Assembly (NCBI GenBank): GCA_020353515.1
Contig: CP070695.1
Span: 3,888,008 to 3,927,039, forward strand
Origin: Candidatus Heimdallarchaeota archaeon
Lineage (GTDB): Archaea; Asgardarchaeota; Heimdallarchaeia; Hodarchaeales; Hodarchaeaceae
Length of the DNA stretch: 39,032 nucleotides
Reading direction: 5' to 3'
This document shows, piece after piece, positions 19,763-29,404 of this stretch. How positions within the stretch are numbered: position 1 is the stretch's first letter; every line of letters starts with the position of its first letter. The notes beneath the pieces are model-generated. The model made no database searches, was not told the origin of the DNA, and was given only the letters and a program-made list of their open reading frames with translations. The position numbers were made by a program, and so were the translations under genes.

Positions 19763-20920
19763 ATGAATAATGAAAACAAAAAGAAAGTATCAGTCATAGG
19801 AGCAGGCCACATGGGTCATGGTATTGCGGAAGTAGCTCTTTTAGCTGATTACTTTGTTTCTCTTCATGATATTGATGACGAAATAATTAACAGAGGAAAA
19901 TCGTTGATTGATTGGTCTTTAAAAAAATTCGTTGAAAAATCACAGATAACTGAAAAAAAGTATGAAGAACTAATTAACAACCTTGAAATTACCACTGATC
20001 TAGAAAAAGCAGCTGAAAACGCTATTCTTTGTATTGAAGCGGTACCTGAAAAATTAGAACTGAAAAAAGATATTTTTAGAAAACTAGATGAAATTACTCC
20101 CAAATACACTATCTTGGCATCAAATACATCGACAATGAGTATAACTGAAATTGGAAATGTAACACAAAGACCTGATAAAGTCGTTGGATTACATTTTCCT
20201 CCTCCTCCAGTCCTGGCGAGAGTTATCGAAATAGTTAGAGGAGACAAGACATCAGATCATACATTGAATTTTGTGGTTAATTTTGCTAAAAGAGCCGAAA
20301 AAGAGGTAATCATTTCCAAAGACAGCCCAGGTTTTATTTGTAATCGTATCATGGCGCCATCAATGCTTTTAATTCAACTGATGCTTGATAGGAACGAATA
20401 TACTCCCGAAAAAATAGATGCTGCAGCTTTGAATATAGGAATGATTATGGGTCCGTACGAGCTTCTTGATTATATTGGACTTGATATTCTACATGATAGT
20501 TCGAAATATTTTGCAGAACGCCTCTCGACAGATTACTCTCCAAGTCAAACGATATCAAAATTAGTTCAAGATAACAAATTAGGTCGAAAAACTGGGGAAG
20601 GAATTTATAAATGGTGTTCAGAAGGAAAAAGACCGATTATCGATCGGTCAGATCCAGCAGATTTTGATGTAATGGATTTAATGCGTGTTCAGATTAATGA
20701 AGCAGCCAAAGTTTTGGAAGAAGGGGTTGCAACTGTACGTGATATTGATCTAGGGATGAAACTCCATTATCATAATCCATGGGGACCTTTTGAATTAATA
20801 GAACATATGGATTTGGATGAATTGACAAATTTCCTTGACAATTTAGCTGATAAATATGGAAAAGAAGTCTTTCGAGCCCATGATTGGATACGCAACAAAA
20901 GTCTTCTTGAACGCCTTTAA
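19763..20920 (+). CDS. 3-hydroxyacyl-CoA dehydrogenase (duplicated C-terminal domain)
   Basis: IGAGHMGHGIA, EAVPEKLELKK, LASNTS, DSPGFICNR, GPYELLDYIGLD, LGRKTGEG; likely start ATG 19763. Confidence 0.9.
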   Translation: MNNENKKKVSVIGAGHMGHGIAEVALLADYFVSLHDIDDEIINRGKSLIDWSLKKFVEKSQITEKKYEELINNLEITTDLEKAAENAILCIEAVPEKLELKKDIFRKLDEITPKYTILASNTSTMSITEIGNVTQRPDKVVGLHFPPPPVLARVIEIVRGDKTSDHTLNFVVNFAKRAEKEVIISKDSPGFICNRIMAPSMLLIQLMLDRNEYTPEKIDAAALNIGMIMGPYELLDYIGLDILHDSSKYFAERLSTDYSPSQTISKLVQDNKLGRKTGEGIYKWCSEGKRPIIDRSDPADFDVMDLMRVQINEAAKVLEEGVATVRDIDLGMKLHYHNPWGPFELIEHMDLDELTNFLDNLADKYGKEVFRAHDWIRNKSLLERL

Positions 20921-20945
20921 TAAGACTTATTCTTCTAAAAAGAAA

Positions 20946-21758
20946 TTAAAAAACATCTAAGTCTTTTCCCGATATAACTTCTCCTGAATAAACTTCACGA
21001 ACCTCATTCAACAGATCCATCTCTTTTCTCCCCATAAAGAGTTGATGATATAGAATTAATAGCTTAGGTTTGATTTTTGTCGCGATATCTCCCAATTCAT
21101 AAGATGAGGTATGGTAAGCAGAATGATAACGTATCCATTCTGGTTCTCTTTCAGTTAAACCGTCAGTAGAATAAACTTCATGCAATAGTACATCACAATT
21201 CCGCGCAAATTGTATAAATTTAGGTGTTGGAGCTGTATCCCCTGAAATAACAATTGATTTATCTAGAGTAATAAATTTAAATCCAAATGCTGGCCATGAA
21301 CCATGTTTTACGTAAATTGCTTCAACTTTAAGACGTTCATCTGTATAAACTACTCCAGATTTAACTTCATGTACATTGACTTCGTAACCATCCATTGAAG
21401 TGGGTTCTAATCCCTTATCTCTCTCTTCTATATCCATTTTATATGCTGCAAGGATGTGATTCGTCATAGATTCAAGTCCTTGAGGGCCATATACTTCTAA
21501 TGGTTGTTTACGGCCCTCAACCGCAGGGGTAAAAATCAAATCAGGATATCCTGTTGTGTGATCAGAGTGCATATGGGTCAAGAACGCTTTTGTCATTTGC
21601 GATGGCTTTATTCCCGCTGCGACCGCTCTCCTGACTACACCGGGACCAAAATCTATAATGTATACTTTTTGATTACTTTTTATTGCTAAGGAAGAACCAA
21701 ACCGTTCTGGATCAGGAATAGGAGTTCCTGTTCCTAATAAAATTATTTCCGTTTCCAA
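20946..21758 (-). CDS. MBL-fold hydrolase, RNase Z/arylsulfatase-like
   Basis: LLGTGTP, DFGPG, THMHSDH, SGDT, HEV, YH motifs. Confidence 0.88.
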   Translation of the reverse strand: METEIILLGTGTPIPDPERFGSSLAIKSNQKVYIIDFGPGVVRRAVAAGIKPSQMTKAFLTHMHSDHTTGYPDLIFTPAVEGRKQPLEVYGPQGLESMTNHILAAYKMDIEERDKGLEPTSMDGYEVNVHEVKSGVVYTDERLKVEAIYVKHGSWPAFGFKFITLDKSIVISGDTAPTPKFIQFARNCDVLLHEVYSTDGLTEREPEWIRYHSAYHTSSYELGDIATKIKPKLLILYHQLFMGRKEMDLLNEVREVYSGEVISGKDLDVF

Positions 21759-21796
21759 AGTGATTTCCTCGAATCGATTTTAACTGTACTTATAGG

Positions 21797-22918
21797 TTAT
21801 TCGCAATATTTTTCTATTCCACTAGCCCAAACAAGGGCAATGCAACTTATTGTCGATCCCATAAATGCAGTTAGTGGGGGAACATATGGATCACCTGTTA
21901 CAAAATTGAGTGCTAAAATGAATGCAACCTCAAGTATTGAAGGGATAAGCCATTGATATCGATAATTAAATCTCCAGCAGATAATCCCAAGAAAAATCGT
22001 ATATCCTAGATGAACCACGACATTTCCTAATAAACCAAGCGGAAGATAGAACCAAATATCAATCATTTCAATAATAATTGTAAAAAAACCAGCAGTGATC
22101 AACATTATAATTTCATTTCTCTCTTCTAATCCCCGAGTGAATTGAGTTAAGAAAGGGTTCACCCATGTTCTACTCATCAAAGTAAATGCAGAAATTATTG
22201 CGATTATACCGAGTAAAGAAGCTATCATAATTCCCGTTATTCGGTTTCGTGACATAGGAAAGTTGGTGTATTTTAATGTGAGTTCTGTAGGGGATTGAAA
22301 GCCTTCCCAAATCTCAATGATTCCACAGGTAATATCGAAAGTGATTTTTGCACTTAACTGGTTATTAGATCTGTTATAGAGTTCTGCGTCAAAACTACTT
22401 TGAGCTCCTAATAATCCTGAGAGTTCTTGATCACTAGGCCAGTAAGTTCGTTTTCGGGTAACGAATAAGTCATAAGGTTGGTTTTCCCTTCCAGTGAAGC
22501 CAGTTGGATCAATTACGGAATAAATTTCCCCTCCTTTCACACCAAACATCATCAGTACATTTGGAACATGCACCCACCAGATGGAATAGTTGCCCTGTAA
22601 CGCCCCATTCTGATAAACGGTTCCATTTGGATGAGCGAGGAAGTATTCGATCCTATTATCATACTCAAGGGTCACATTGGTATGGGTGTCGTTCAGGGCA
22701 TTACTCCTTAAAATGAACTCTGATTGTTCCCCTTTCACACCCCTTTCATATTGGTAATTGCTAGTATAATTTTTTTGGAATAGGTAAATATCTTTAGGAT
22801 TGATATCTCCTATCATTCCTTCAATTTCAATTGTTAGTTGATTAATAACAAATGAACCCGCTGCAATACCTACAACTAAGAGAATGATTGTTCTCCGAGT
22901 CTTCGTATCAAGAACCAT
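21797..22918 (-). CDS. Hypothetical membrane protein (N-terminal TM, external domain, ~5 C-terminal TMs)
   Basis: 373-aa ORF; hydrophobicity pattern; N-x-S/T sequons in the soluble part. Confidence 0.7.
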   Translation of the reverse strand: MVLDTKTRRTIILLVVGIAAGSFVINQLTIEIEGMIGDINPKDIYLFQKNYTSNYQYERGVKGEQSEFILRSNALNDTHTNVTLEYDNRIEYFLAHPNGTVYQNGALQGNYSIWWVHVPNVLMMFGVKGGEIYSVIDPTGFTGRENQPYDLFVTRKRTYWPSDQELSGLLGAQSSFDAELYNRSNNQLSAKITFDITCGIIEIWEGFQSPTELTLKYTNFPMSRNRITGIMIASLLGIIAIISAFTLMSRTWVNPFLTQFTRGLEERNEIIMLITAGFFTIIIEMIDIWFYLPLGLLGNVVVHLGYTIFLGIICWRFNYRYQWLIPSILEVAFILALNFVTGDPYVPPLTAFMGSTISCIALVWASGIEKYCE

Positions 22919-22982
22919 TTTGGTGACCGGCTTAAAGATTCAATATGGCTTTAGAAATCATCAAAAATTAAATACATTTCTA

Positions 22983-22998
22983 GTAAAACGTTTATATC
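22983..22998 (+). promoter_or_regulatory. Putative BRE/TATA promoter (AAAACG-TTTATAT)
   Basis: TTTATAT at 22991-22997 preceded by an A-rich BRE-like run, ~35 nt before ATG 23033. Confidence 0.4.
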
Positions 22999-23032
22999 AT
23001 GCTGAATATTGAATTAACAAGAGATGATTTAA

Positions 23033-23425
23033 ATGAATGATCAATCAACACCCCAAATTCGAATGAAAATTAATTCACATCACTGGGACATCATCCTTAA
23101 CGGTTCTAGTCCAAAAACTGGATCTCAAATTCTACATCTTTTGCCAATTGAGAGTGAAGTGAGAACATGGGGAGAAGAAATTTATTTTTCCATTCCCTTA
23201 AGCATGCCAGAGGAAAATGCAAAGAGTACTGTGACATTAGGGGATGTAGCTTATTGGCCAGAAGGTCAGTGCTTTTGTGTGTTTTTTGGTAAGACTCCTC
23301 TCACAACAACATTAGATGAAATAAAACCTGCCTCACCAGTTAATGTGTTTGGTAAAGTCTTAGGGGATTTAGGCAAATTGAAAACGATTAGTTCTGGTGT
23401 GAAAGTTCTTTTAGAAAAGATCTAG
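23033..23425 (+). CDS. Cyclophilin-like fold protein (TM1367/DUF369 type)
   Basis: LPIES..TWGEEIYF, GDVAYWPEGQCFCVFFGKTP, PASPVNVFGKV. Confidence 0.88.
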   Translation: MNDQSTPQIRMKINSHHWDIILNGSSPKTGSQILHLLPIESEVRTWGEEIYFSIPLSMPEENAKSTVTLGDVAYWPEGQCFCVFFGKTPLTTTLDEIKPASPVNVFGKVLGDLGKLKTISSGVKVLLEKI

Positions 23426-23431
23426 CAAATT

Positions 23432-23818
23432 TTATTCTAGATAGCTCAGAAGCTGCTCAGTGTTGGAAATATCTGAAAGAGTTTCGCCATTTACAACAAA
23501 CAGAGGGGTTCGGAACCCCTTAACGGTAAATTTTATTTGATTCCACAGGCTTTTTCTAACGTCGACAATCTTAATACCGATTCCAGTGTTTTCTTGTACA
23601 TATTTAGCTATATTTATTGCATTCCAATCCTTATCGGAATAGAAGTGTCCAACACGATCACCTACTCCATCAAGATTGACAGTTGGGTTTTTAAAGCTTA
23701 TAAATCCCGTACCACGAAATCCCTTGGCATGTTTTCCAGCACCTTGTTGATTTGTAATTGATCGTGTATCGATATTTATTGACTTAACATATAATATAAT
23801 CTTACTTTGATCAGTCAA
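23432..23818 (-). CDS. Atypical thioredoxin/glutaredoxin-fold protein, copy 1 (no Cys)
   Basis: TTG 23818 after GATGAGGGG SD, equivalent to copy 2 start; IILYVK..IKIVDV..RTPLFVVNGETL Trx-like pattern. Confidence 0.7.
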   Translation of the reverse strand: MTDQSKIILYVKSINIDTRSITNQQGAGKHAKGFRGTGFISFKNPTVNLDGVGDRVGHFYSDKDWNAINIAKYVQENTGIGIKIVDVRKSLWNQIKFTVKGFRTPLFVVNGETLSDISNTEQLLSYLE

Positions 23819-24161
23819 ATATTGCCCCTCATCATGTTCTAGAAAGATCAACCGGAATTTTTCACAGTTTGGATATCTGTAAATTTTGCAGGTATTTTCA
23901 TGAAATTAAAAGGGTAACCAGTTCTGATGAAAACATTAACCAGAATATAAATCAATTAAAAATGCCAATAATAGCCTTTAAATTAAAATTACGAATTATT
24001 AGAGGGATCTAAAGGTATAAGACTGATTCTTGTAATTCAGTGAAATCTTAAATCATCAAAGGCATTTTGTCAATGTGTTTGGTAAAGTCTTAGGGGATTT
24101 AGGAAAATTAAAAACTATTATTTCTGGTGTGAAAGTTCTTTTAGAAAAGATCTAGCAAATT

Positions 24162-24545
24162 TTATTCTAGATAGCTCAGAAGCTGCTCAGTGTTGGAAAT
24201 ATCTGAAAGGGTTTCACCATTTACGATAAATAGAGGGGTTCGGAACCTCTTAACTGTAAATTTTATTTGATTCCACAGACTTTTTCCTATATCGATAACC
24301 TCAATTTTGATTCCAGTGTTCTCTTGTACATATTTAGCAATATTTATTGCATTCCAATCCTTATCGGAATAGAAGTGGCCAGTACGATCACCTACTCCAT
24401 CAAGGTTGACTGTTGGGTTTTTAAAGCTCATAAATCCCATACCACGATCACAGGGATGTTTTCCACCGCCTTGTTGACTCGCAATTGATCGTGTATCGAT
24501 ATTTATCGACTTGACATATAATATAATCTTACTTTGTTCAGTCAA
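24162..24545 (-). CDS. Atypical thioredoxin/glutaredoxin-fold protein, copy 2 (single Cys, HPC)
   Basis: Near-identical to copy 1; GATGAGGGG SD before TTG. Confidence 0.7.
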   Translation of the reverse strand: MTEQSKIILYVKSINIDTRSIASQQGGGKHPCDRGMGFMSFKNPTVNLDGVGDRTGHFYSDKDWNAINIAKYVQENTGIKIEVIDIGKSLWNQIKFTVKRFRTPLFIVNGETLSDISNTEQLLSYLE

Positions 24546-24577
24546 AAATTGCCCCTCATCATTTTCTTGACATTTAT

Positions 24578-24591
24578 TATTGTTAACAATA
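24578..24591. promoter_or_regulatory. Perfect 14-bp palindrome TATTGTTAACAATA upstream of copy 2 only
   Basis: Seen directly; lies within an indel absent upstream of copy 1. Confidence 0.45.
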
Positions 24592-24814
24592 TATGCTTTA
24601 GAAAGAGAAACCTTAATTTTTCACAGTTTGGATATCTGTAAATTCTGCAGGTATTTTCAAGAAAATAAGAGGGTAATAAGTTCTAATGGAAATATAAACC
24701 AGAAATATAAACTAATTGAAAATTACATATAATTAAAATTAGGAATTATTAGAGGGATCTAAAGGTACAAGACTGATTCTTGTAATTCAGTGAAATCTTA
24801 AATCGCCAAAGGCA

Positions 24815-25879
24815 TTAGATCTTGGACACATGATAGTAATATCTTTTCTGGAGTTGATTATCGATTCTGTGAACACAATTCTCTCCGTCAGCAATTCGAT
24901 CTTCACAAAGATCGAGATTTCCTTCCTTTTCAAACATTTCTTGTAATTCATTTCCTATTTTAATTTCTCGTTCCCAAATATCCCTTGCATTTTGGGTAAA
25001 ATCTATTACTGTGAATGTAAGATTGTTTTTTTTCAAAACTTGAGCCATTTTGGTTTGGTTGGGTTCTAAAATATGTTGTTGTTCTTTGGAGTCTATAATT
25101 TGGGCGAAAAATATTCCCATTTGACCATTTGGTTTTAAAAATTCTTTTAGTTTAGCTATGGTTACTTCTAAATTATCTACATTGATTGGATAAAGAGTAT
25201 CTATAGCATAAATTGCAGTAAAAGATGAAGGTAAAAAAGAAAGGTTATTTATATTACCTACGTGAAATTCTAGAACATTGTCATTTGATTTTGTATTGGT
25301 TTTCGCCCATTGAATGAGTTGTTCTGCGAAATCGATTCCAGTGATTTTAGCTCCCGTTTTCTGTTGAATGTATTCAGTTACTTTTCCTAGTCCACATCCT
25401 AAGTCTAAGACTAAATCATTCGAATTCAGATTCAATGTTGATATGAGCGATTCTAATTGGTCCATATCAAGAACATTAAACTGAAAAAGGTTCTTTCCAA
25501 ACACTCTTTCACAGAACACGGCATATGCCTTACTTTTGGCACATCTAATGAGATTATCATTATACCAATCACTCATCTGCTTAGAACGAATTACTTTTCC
25601 TATTTCTCTCCCACTTTTAGTAAGTTTAAGTTCGGTTCCATCATCAATAATTAGGTTTCTTATAATTAATGATTTAATTGCAGAATCGGAATCTACATTC
25701 TTCTCAGATACCATTCTAAGTTTTTTAATTCCTTTAGCTGTAAGAGTAATCCTTAGATTTTCAGAAATTGTTATTTCTTTAGTCTTAGGATCCTTATCTC
25801 TCGTATGGAGTTCAATGATAATCCCTAATACTGTTTTCTCATCTTCTGTCAGATTTGTATTTTTATTTGTGGTTACCAT
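24815..25879 (-). CDS. Class I SAM-dependent methyltransferase with N-terminal wHTH-like domain
   Basis: VLDLGCGLG, ITGIDFA, LKPNG; N-terminal ..LKLTKSGREIG wing-helix pattern. Confidence 0.85.
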   Translation of the reverse strand: MVTTNKNTNLTEDEKTVLGIIIELHTRDKDPKTKEITISENLRITLTAKGIKKLRMVSEKNVDSDSAIKSLIIRNLIIDDGTELKLTKSGREIGKVIRSKQMSDWYNDNLIRCAKSKAYAVFCERVFGKNLFQFNVLDMDQLESLISTLNLNSNDLVLDLGCGLGKVTEYIQQKTGAKITGIDFAEQLIQWAKTNTKSNDNVLEFHVGNINNLSFLPSSFTAIYAIDTLYPINVDNLEVTIAKLKEFLKPNGQMGIFFAQIIDSKEQQHILEPNQTKMAQVLKKNNLTFTVIDFTQNARDIWEREIKIGNELQEMFEKEGNLDLCEDRIADGENCVHRIDNQLQKRYYYHVSKI

Positions 25880-26018
25880 ATTTTTTTCACTCTGTTTAAA
25901 AAGAGATAAAGAAGAATCAGTTCAAATTTCATTATAAACCAATTGAATGGGGCAAAAAATCAAATAAAGTTCACGAACCGAGGAGAAATTATAATATCAT
26001 CAATTATAGATAAAATTA

Positions 26019-26873
26019 CTATAGAAATTTGATCCAGTTCCACAATTCATGGTTTAGATCAAAATTAAATCGTTTATACAATTTTATTGCCTCAGGGAAG
26101 ATGTATCCAGAATCAGCTAAAGCCATGGATTTCCCTTTATTTTGCATACTTTCTAGTAATTTATATTATAAAGCGGAACCAATTCCTTGCCTACGATAAC
26201 TTGGTAGTACTCCAGGTATTTCTATTACGCCCAAGGATGTGAACTCCATACATCCTATGATGGTATCATTCAGTTCTGCGACTATTGTTTCTTCAGCCCA
26301 GTCTGAATTATACCACATCAATATATCTTCTCTAGTCGGATGTTCCCCAAACACGTCAGGTCTACACAATCGAAATATTTCGATTAAATCTGTTATGTCA
26401 TTCTTTTTTATTGGTCCAATGACAATTTTTTTGTCTATCACAATGTTTGGAAGGGGTTTATTGAGATCTAAAGTTGCTAAAACACTATCACATTGAAAAA
26501 CCTTAGTTGTTGAAAAAATTTTGTCATAAAACAAAGGTTTATGTAGAAAACCAAGTTTTGGGAGAAGATTAATTGATTCAATATTATTGTAGTAGCTGAA
26601 AACAGAAGCATTCCTAACTTTTTGCCGTTGATAATACTTTAATACTGTTTTAAGAAGAAGTGTTCCTATTCCTACAGGTTTATCTTTGTGATACGATAAC
26701 CAAATATCATTCTTTGGTGACTCCAACCATGATTTTACTTCATTTGATATGATATTTTTGTATCCATATAGAATTCCATAATTTTTGATCCACTTAGAAA
26801 ATGATTTATTGTAGATATGGGAAACAGATTGGATATGATCTATATCTGCTTGAATGATATTTATGGATGACAA
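26019..26873 (-). pseudogene. Tandem GNAT acetyltransferase, disrupted
   Basis: VLPSYRRQGIGSAL then TAA (26166-26168); frame continues YKLLESMQNKG..EAIKLYKRFNF..KFL* to 26019, completing the GNAT; first domain appears internally deleted (KPVG/IGTLLL). Confidence 0.75.
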
Positions 26874-26891
26874 TTCAATTCCAGGGAGCGG

Positions 26892-28433
26892 TCAAAGATA
26901 TATTGCTGATCCTACAACTTCAGCCACATCTTTAATCTGCAGTGGGATAGATTTCCTCCGAGATGTGATATGGAAATTCATTTGACATTGTGGACACGCT
27001 GTAGTTAAGCAATCCACATTGATTGGAACCACATCTTCTTTCAATCTTGTATGAGTAGAATCCATACTCACCTGATGATTAAATGTCCAAAGACCACCTC
27101 CTCCGCCACAACATCGTGATTTATCCCTGATAAAAGACATTTCAACAAGTTTTAAGTCAGGTATGGCTTTTAAAACATTCCGAGGAGCGTCAAAAACATT
27201 ACTATGTCTTCCTAGGGAACATGGGTCATGATAAGTCACTTTCAAGTCTAGTGCTCTTAGTTCTATTTCTCCCTTCTTTATTATTTTTTCAAGAAATTGA
27301 GTTGAATGAAATACCTTACAAGGTAATGAAACATCAAGAATCTCAGGATATAGCTTTATGAAGGTATTATAACATCCTGCACATGGTGTAATGACTGATT
27401 CAGCTTTCGTCGTTTCAATCCTTTTAATGAGCTCTTGTGCCACTTTTTTTGCCTCATCCCATAACCCTGAAGCAAGTAAAACGTACCCACAACATCCTTC
27501 GTTTTTCCCCAACGTTGTAAAATTTATTTTAGTATGGTTTAAGATGTTATAGAAAGTTTTGGCTGTATTTGGGGTTCTATTTGCCACTACACAACCAACA
27601 AAGTAGAGATGATCACTAGATAGTGGTAGTTTTATTGGTAAATCCTTCATCCATGCTAGTCGTCGCTTTACTGATACAGCACTAGGATCTCCATGATCCA
27701 AGATATTTTTAGCCGTTGTTTGGAAGACTTGTGGAATCATATTATTCTCAACGATATGTCGTCTCATTCGAACAATTGCCTCATGAAGATCCACTTTCTG
27801 AAAACATTCTCCAAAACAGCGCCCACACTTACTGCAAGTATATAAGACATCAATTACCTTTTTTGTCAGATTCAGTTCTCCTTTCATTACCCCCTTGATT
27901 AATAATCCTCTACCCCTCGCAGAATATGTTTCAATTCCCCTAAAGGAAGGTGTTACAGTGCAATAATCACTGCATATGAAGGATTGGAGACAAGTGTTTC
28001 CAAATTTTTGTTGAAACAGTGTTTGGATAGCTACTGCGAAATTTCGATACCCTCCATGACCAATGTGCCGAAGTTCAGACAGATATTCATCTAAATCTGA
28101 TTTTTCTTCCTTCTTGGTTACATTTCTATTGGGTACAGGAATTTTTATATCATCTAATAAAATTAAGGTATTGGGGCTTGCGAAATTTGAAGGAAGTTGC
28201 TCTCCTCTTCGAATTACTGTTACATTCTTTTTCATGACTGTTTCTAAAATTTTTTCTTTTTGACCTGATGAATATACTTTGACCACAATATCAGGCATTG
28301 GATAAGCCTGTTTCATGAAAATTTTTTCAAAGGAATAAACATAACGGTCTTCTAAGTCAGTTAGGACATGAATTTTTGGTGAAATCTGTTTTAACTGTTC
28401 AACAAGTGTATTCTCTGATACCATGTTAGACAA
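26892..28433 (-). CDS. Fe-S oxidoreductase with two CCG domains (GlpC/HdrD-like)
   Basis: CSKCGRCFGEC, YFVGC, EGCCG, TPCAGC, TYHDPCSLGR, CCGGGGG, TACPQC; N-terminus resembles start of a GlcD-like FAD domain; alternative start ATG 28424. Confidence 0.88.
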   Translation of the reverse strand: MSNMVSENTLVEQLKQISPKIHVLTDLEDRYVYSFEKIFMKQAYPMPDIVVKVYSSGQKEKILETVMKKNVTVIRRGEQLPSNFASPNTLILLDDIKIPVPNRNVTKKEEKSDLDEYLSELRHIGHGGYRNFAVAIQTLFQQKFGNTCLQSFICSDYCTVTPSFRGIETYSARGRGLLIKGVMKGELNLTKKVIDVLYTCSKCGRCFGECFQKVDLHEAIVRMRRHIVENNMIPQVFQTTAKNILDHGDPSAVSVKRRLAWMKDLPIKLPLSSDHLYFVGCVVANRTPNTAKTFYNILNHTKINFTTLGKNEGCCGYVLLASGLWDEAKKVAQELIKRIETTKAESVITPCAGCYNTFIKLYPEILDVSLPCKVFHSTQFLEKIIKKGEIELRALDLKVTYHDPCSLGRHSNVFDAPRNVLKAIPDLKLVEMSFIRDKSRCCGGGGGLWTFNHQVSMDSTHTRLKEDVVPINVDCLTTACPQCQMNFHITSRRKSIPLQIKDVAEVVGSAIYL

Positions 28434-28603
28434 GCTTGAGAGTAGAAGGTTTTTATTAATTTCCTGAATTCATAGTGAAAACCAGTGGATAACCATTGAT
28501 TTGTGAGTTGGATTGAAATTCTCATTGAATGTAAATTCTGAAGGGATTTCATCCTTTTTTACATCTGTGAAAGAATGGTACATAGAATAATGGTGATGAT
28601 ATA

Positions 28604-29371
28604 TTGGCAGATGAGTTAATTCAAGTTGAGAAAAAAAATGATATTGGAACAATACTATTTAATAACGGTGATTGGAATATTTTAAACATCGCAATGATGA
28701 AACAGATTAATGAAGCACTTGAAAGTTTTTTAACAGATCAATCTCTTAAAGCAGTCGTGATTGGCCATTCTGGAAGGTCATTTTCTGCAGGAGTCGATGT
28801 GGGTGAACATATGGGTGATATAGCTCCAAAAATGTTGAGGGAATTTCATGATATGTTCAAAAAGCTTAATCGATTCAACTGTCCAACAATTGCTAGTGTT
28901 AAGGGAGCTGCTCTCGGTGGGGGATGTGAAGTGGCAGTTTTCTGTGATATCGTCATTGCATCAGAGAAAGCTAAATTTGGACAACCTGAAATTAAAGTTG
29001 GAGTTTTTCCCCCTGTATCCGCATTAATATTCCCCTATCTCACGGGCCACAAGAAAGCATATGAACTTCTACTCCAAGGTGAAACAATCAATGCCAGCGA
29101 GGCTCATCGCATTGGTTTAGTCAATCATGTATTTCCAGTTGACTCGTACGAACAGGAATTTGATCAATTTCTTGAACGATTCAAAAAACTAAGTACAGTG
29201 GTGTTACAACATACTAAGAAGGCGATTCGTTTAGGATTTGCTGACGATTTCGATTCTCAGATTGATAAAATGGAAGATTACTACCTGAATGAACTCATGA
29301 AAACACATGATGCGAATGAGGGATTAAAGGCGTTCGTGGAAAAACGAGCTCCTGAATGGAAAAACCACTAG
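28604..29371 (+). CDS. dch: Crotonase-family hydratase, cyclohexa-1,5-diene-1-carbonyl-CoA hydratase-like
   Basis: NILN..MM, FSAGVDVGEH, ALGGGCE, FGQPEIKVGVFPP, YLNELMKTHDANEGL; adjacent to had. Confidence 0.78.
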   Translation: MADELIQVEKKNDIGTILFNNGDWNILNIAMMKQINEALESFLTDQSLKAVVIGHSGRSFSAGVDVGEHMGDIAPKMLREFHDMFKKLNRFNCPTIASVKGAALGGGCEVAVFCDIVIASEKAKFGQPEIKVGVFPPVSALIFPYLTGHKKAYELLLQGETINASEAHRIGLVNHVFPVDSYEQEFDQFLERFKKLSTVVLQHTKKAIRLGFADDFDSQIDKMEDYYLNELMKTHDANEGLKAFVEKRAPEWKNH

Positions 29372-29404
29372 GAATATACAAAAATTTTGAGACATGAGAG
29401 ATAT

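Larger units (their letters stand above)
23342..24816. repeat. Diverged tandem duplication (units ~23342-24066 and ~24072-24816)
   Basis: AATGTGTTTGGTAAAGTCTTAGGGGATTTAGG at 23342 and 24072; AGAGGGATCTAAAGGTA.AAGACTGATTCTTGTAATTCAGTGAAATCTTAAATC at 24001 and 24751. Confidence 0.95.

Noticed and set aside
23342-24816. Duplication as a DGR template/variable repeat, IS or CRISPR
   Set aside because: No reverse transcriptase, transposase, terminal inverted repeats or spacer array; differences are not adenine-specific and include indels
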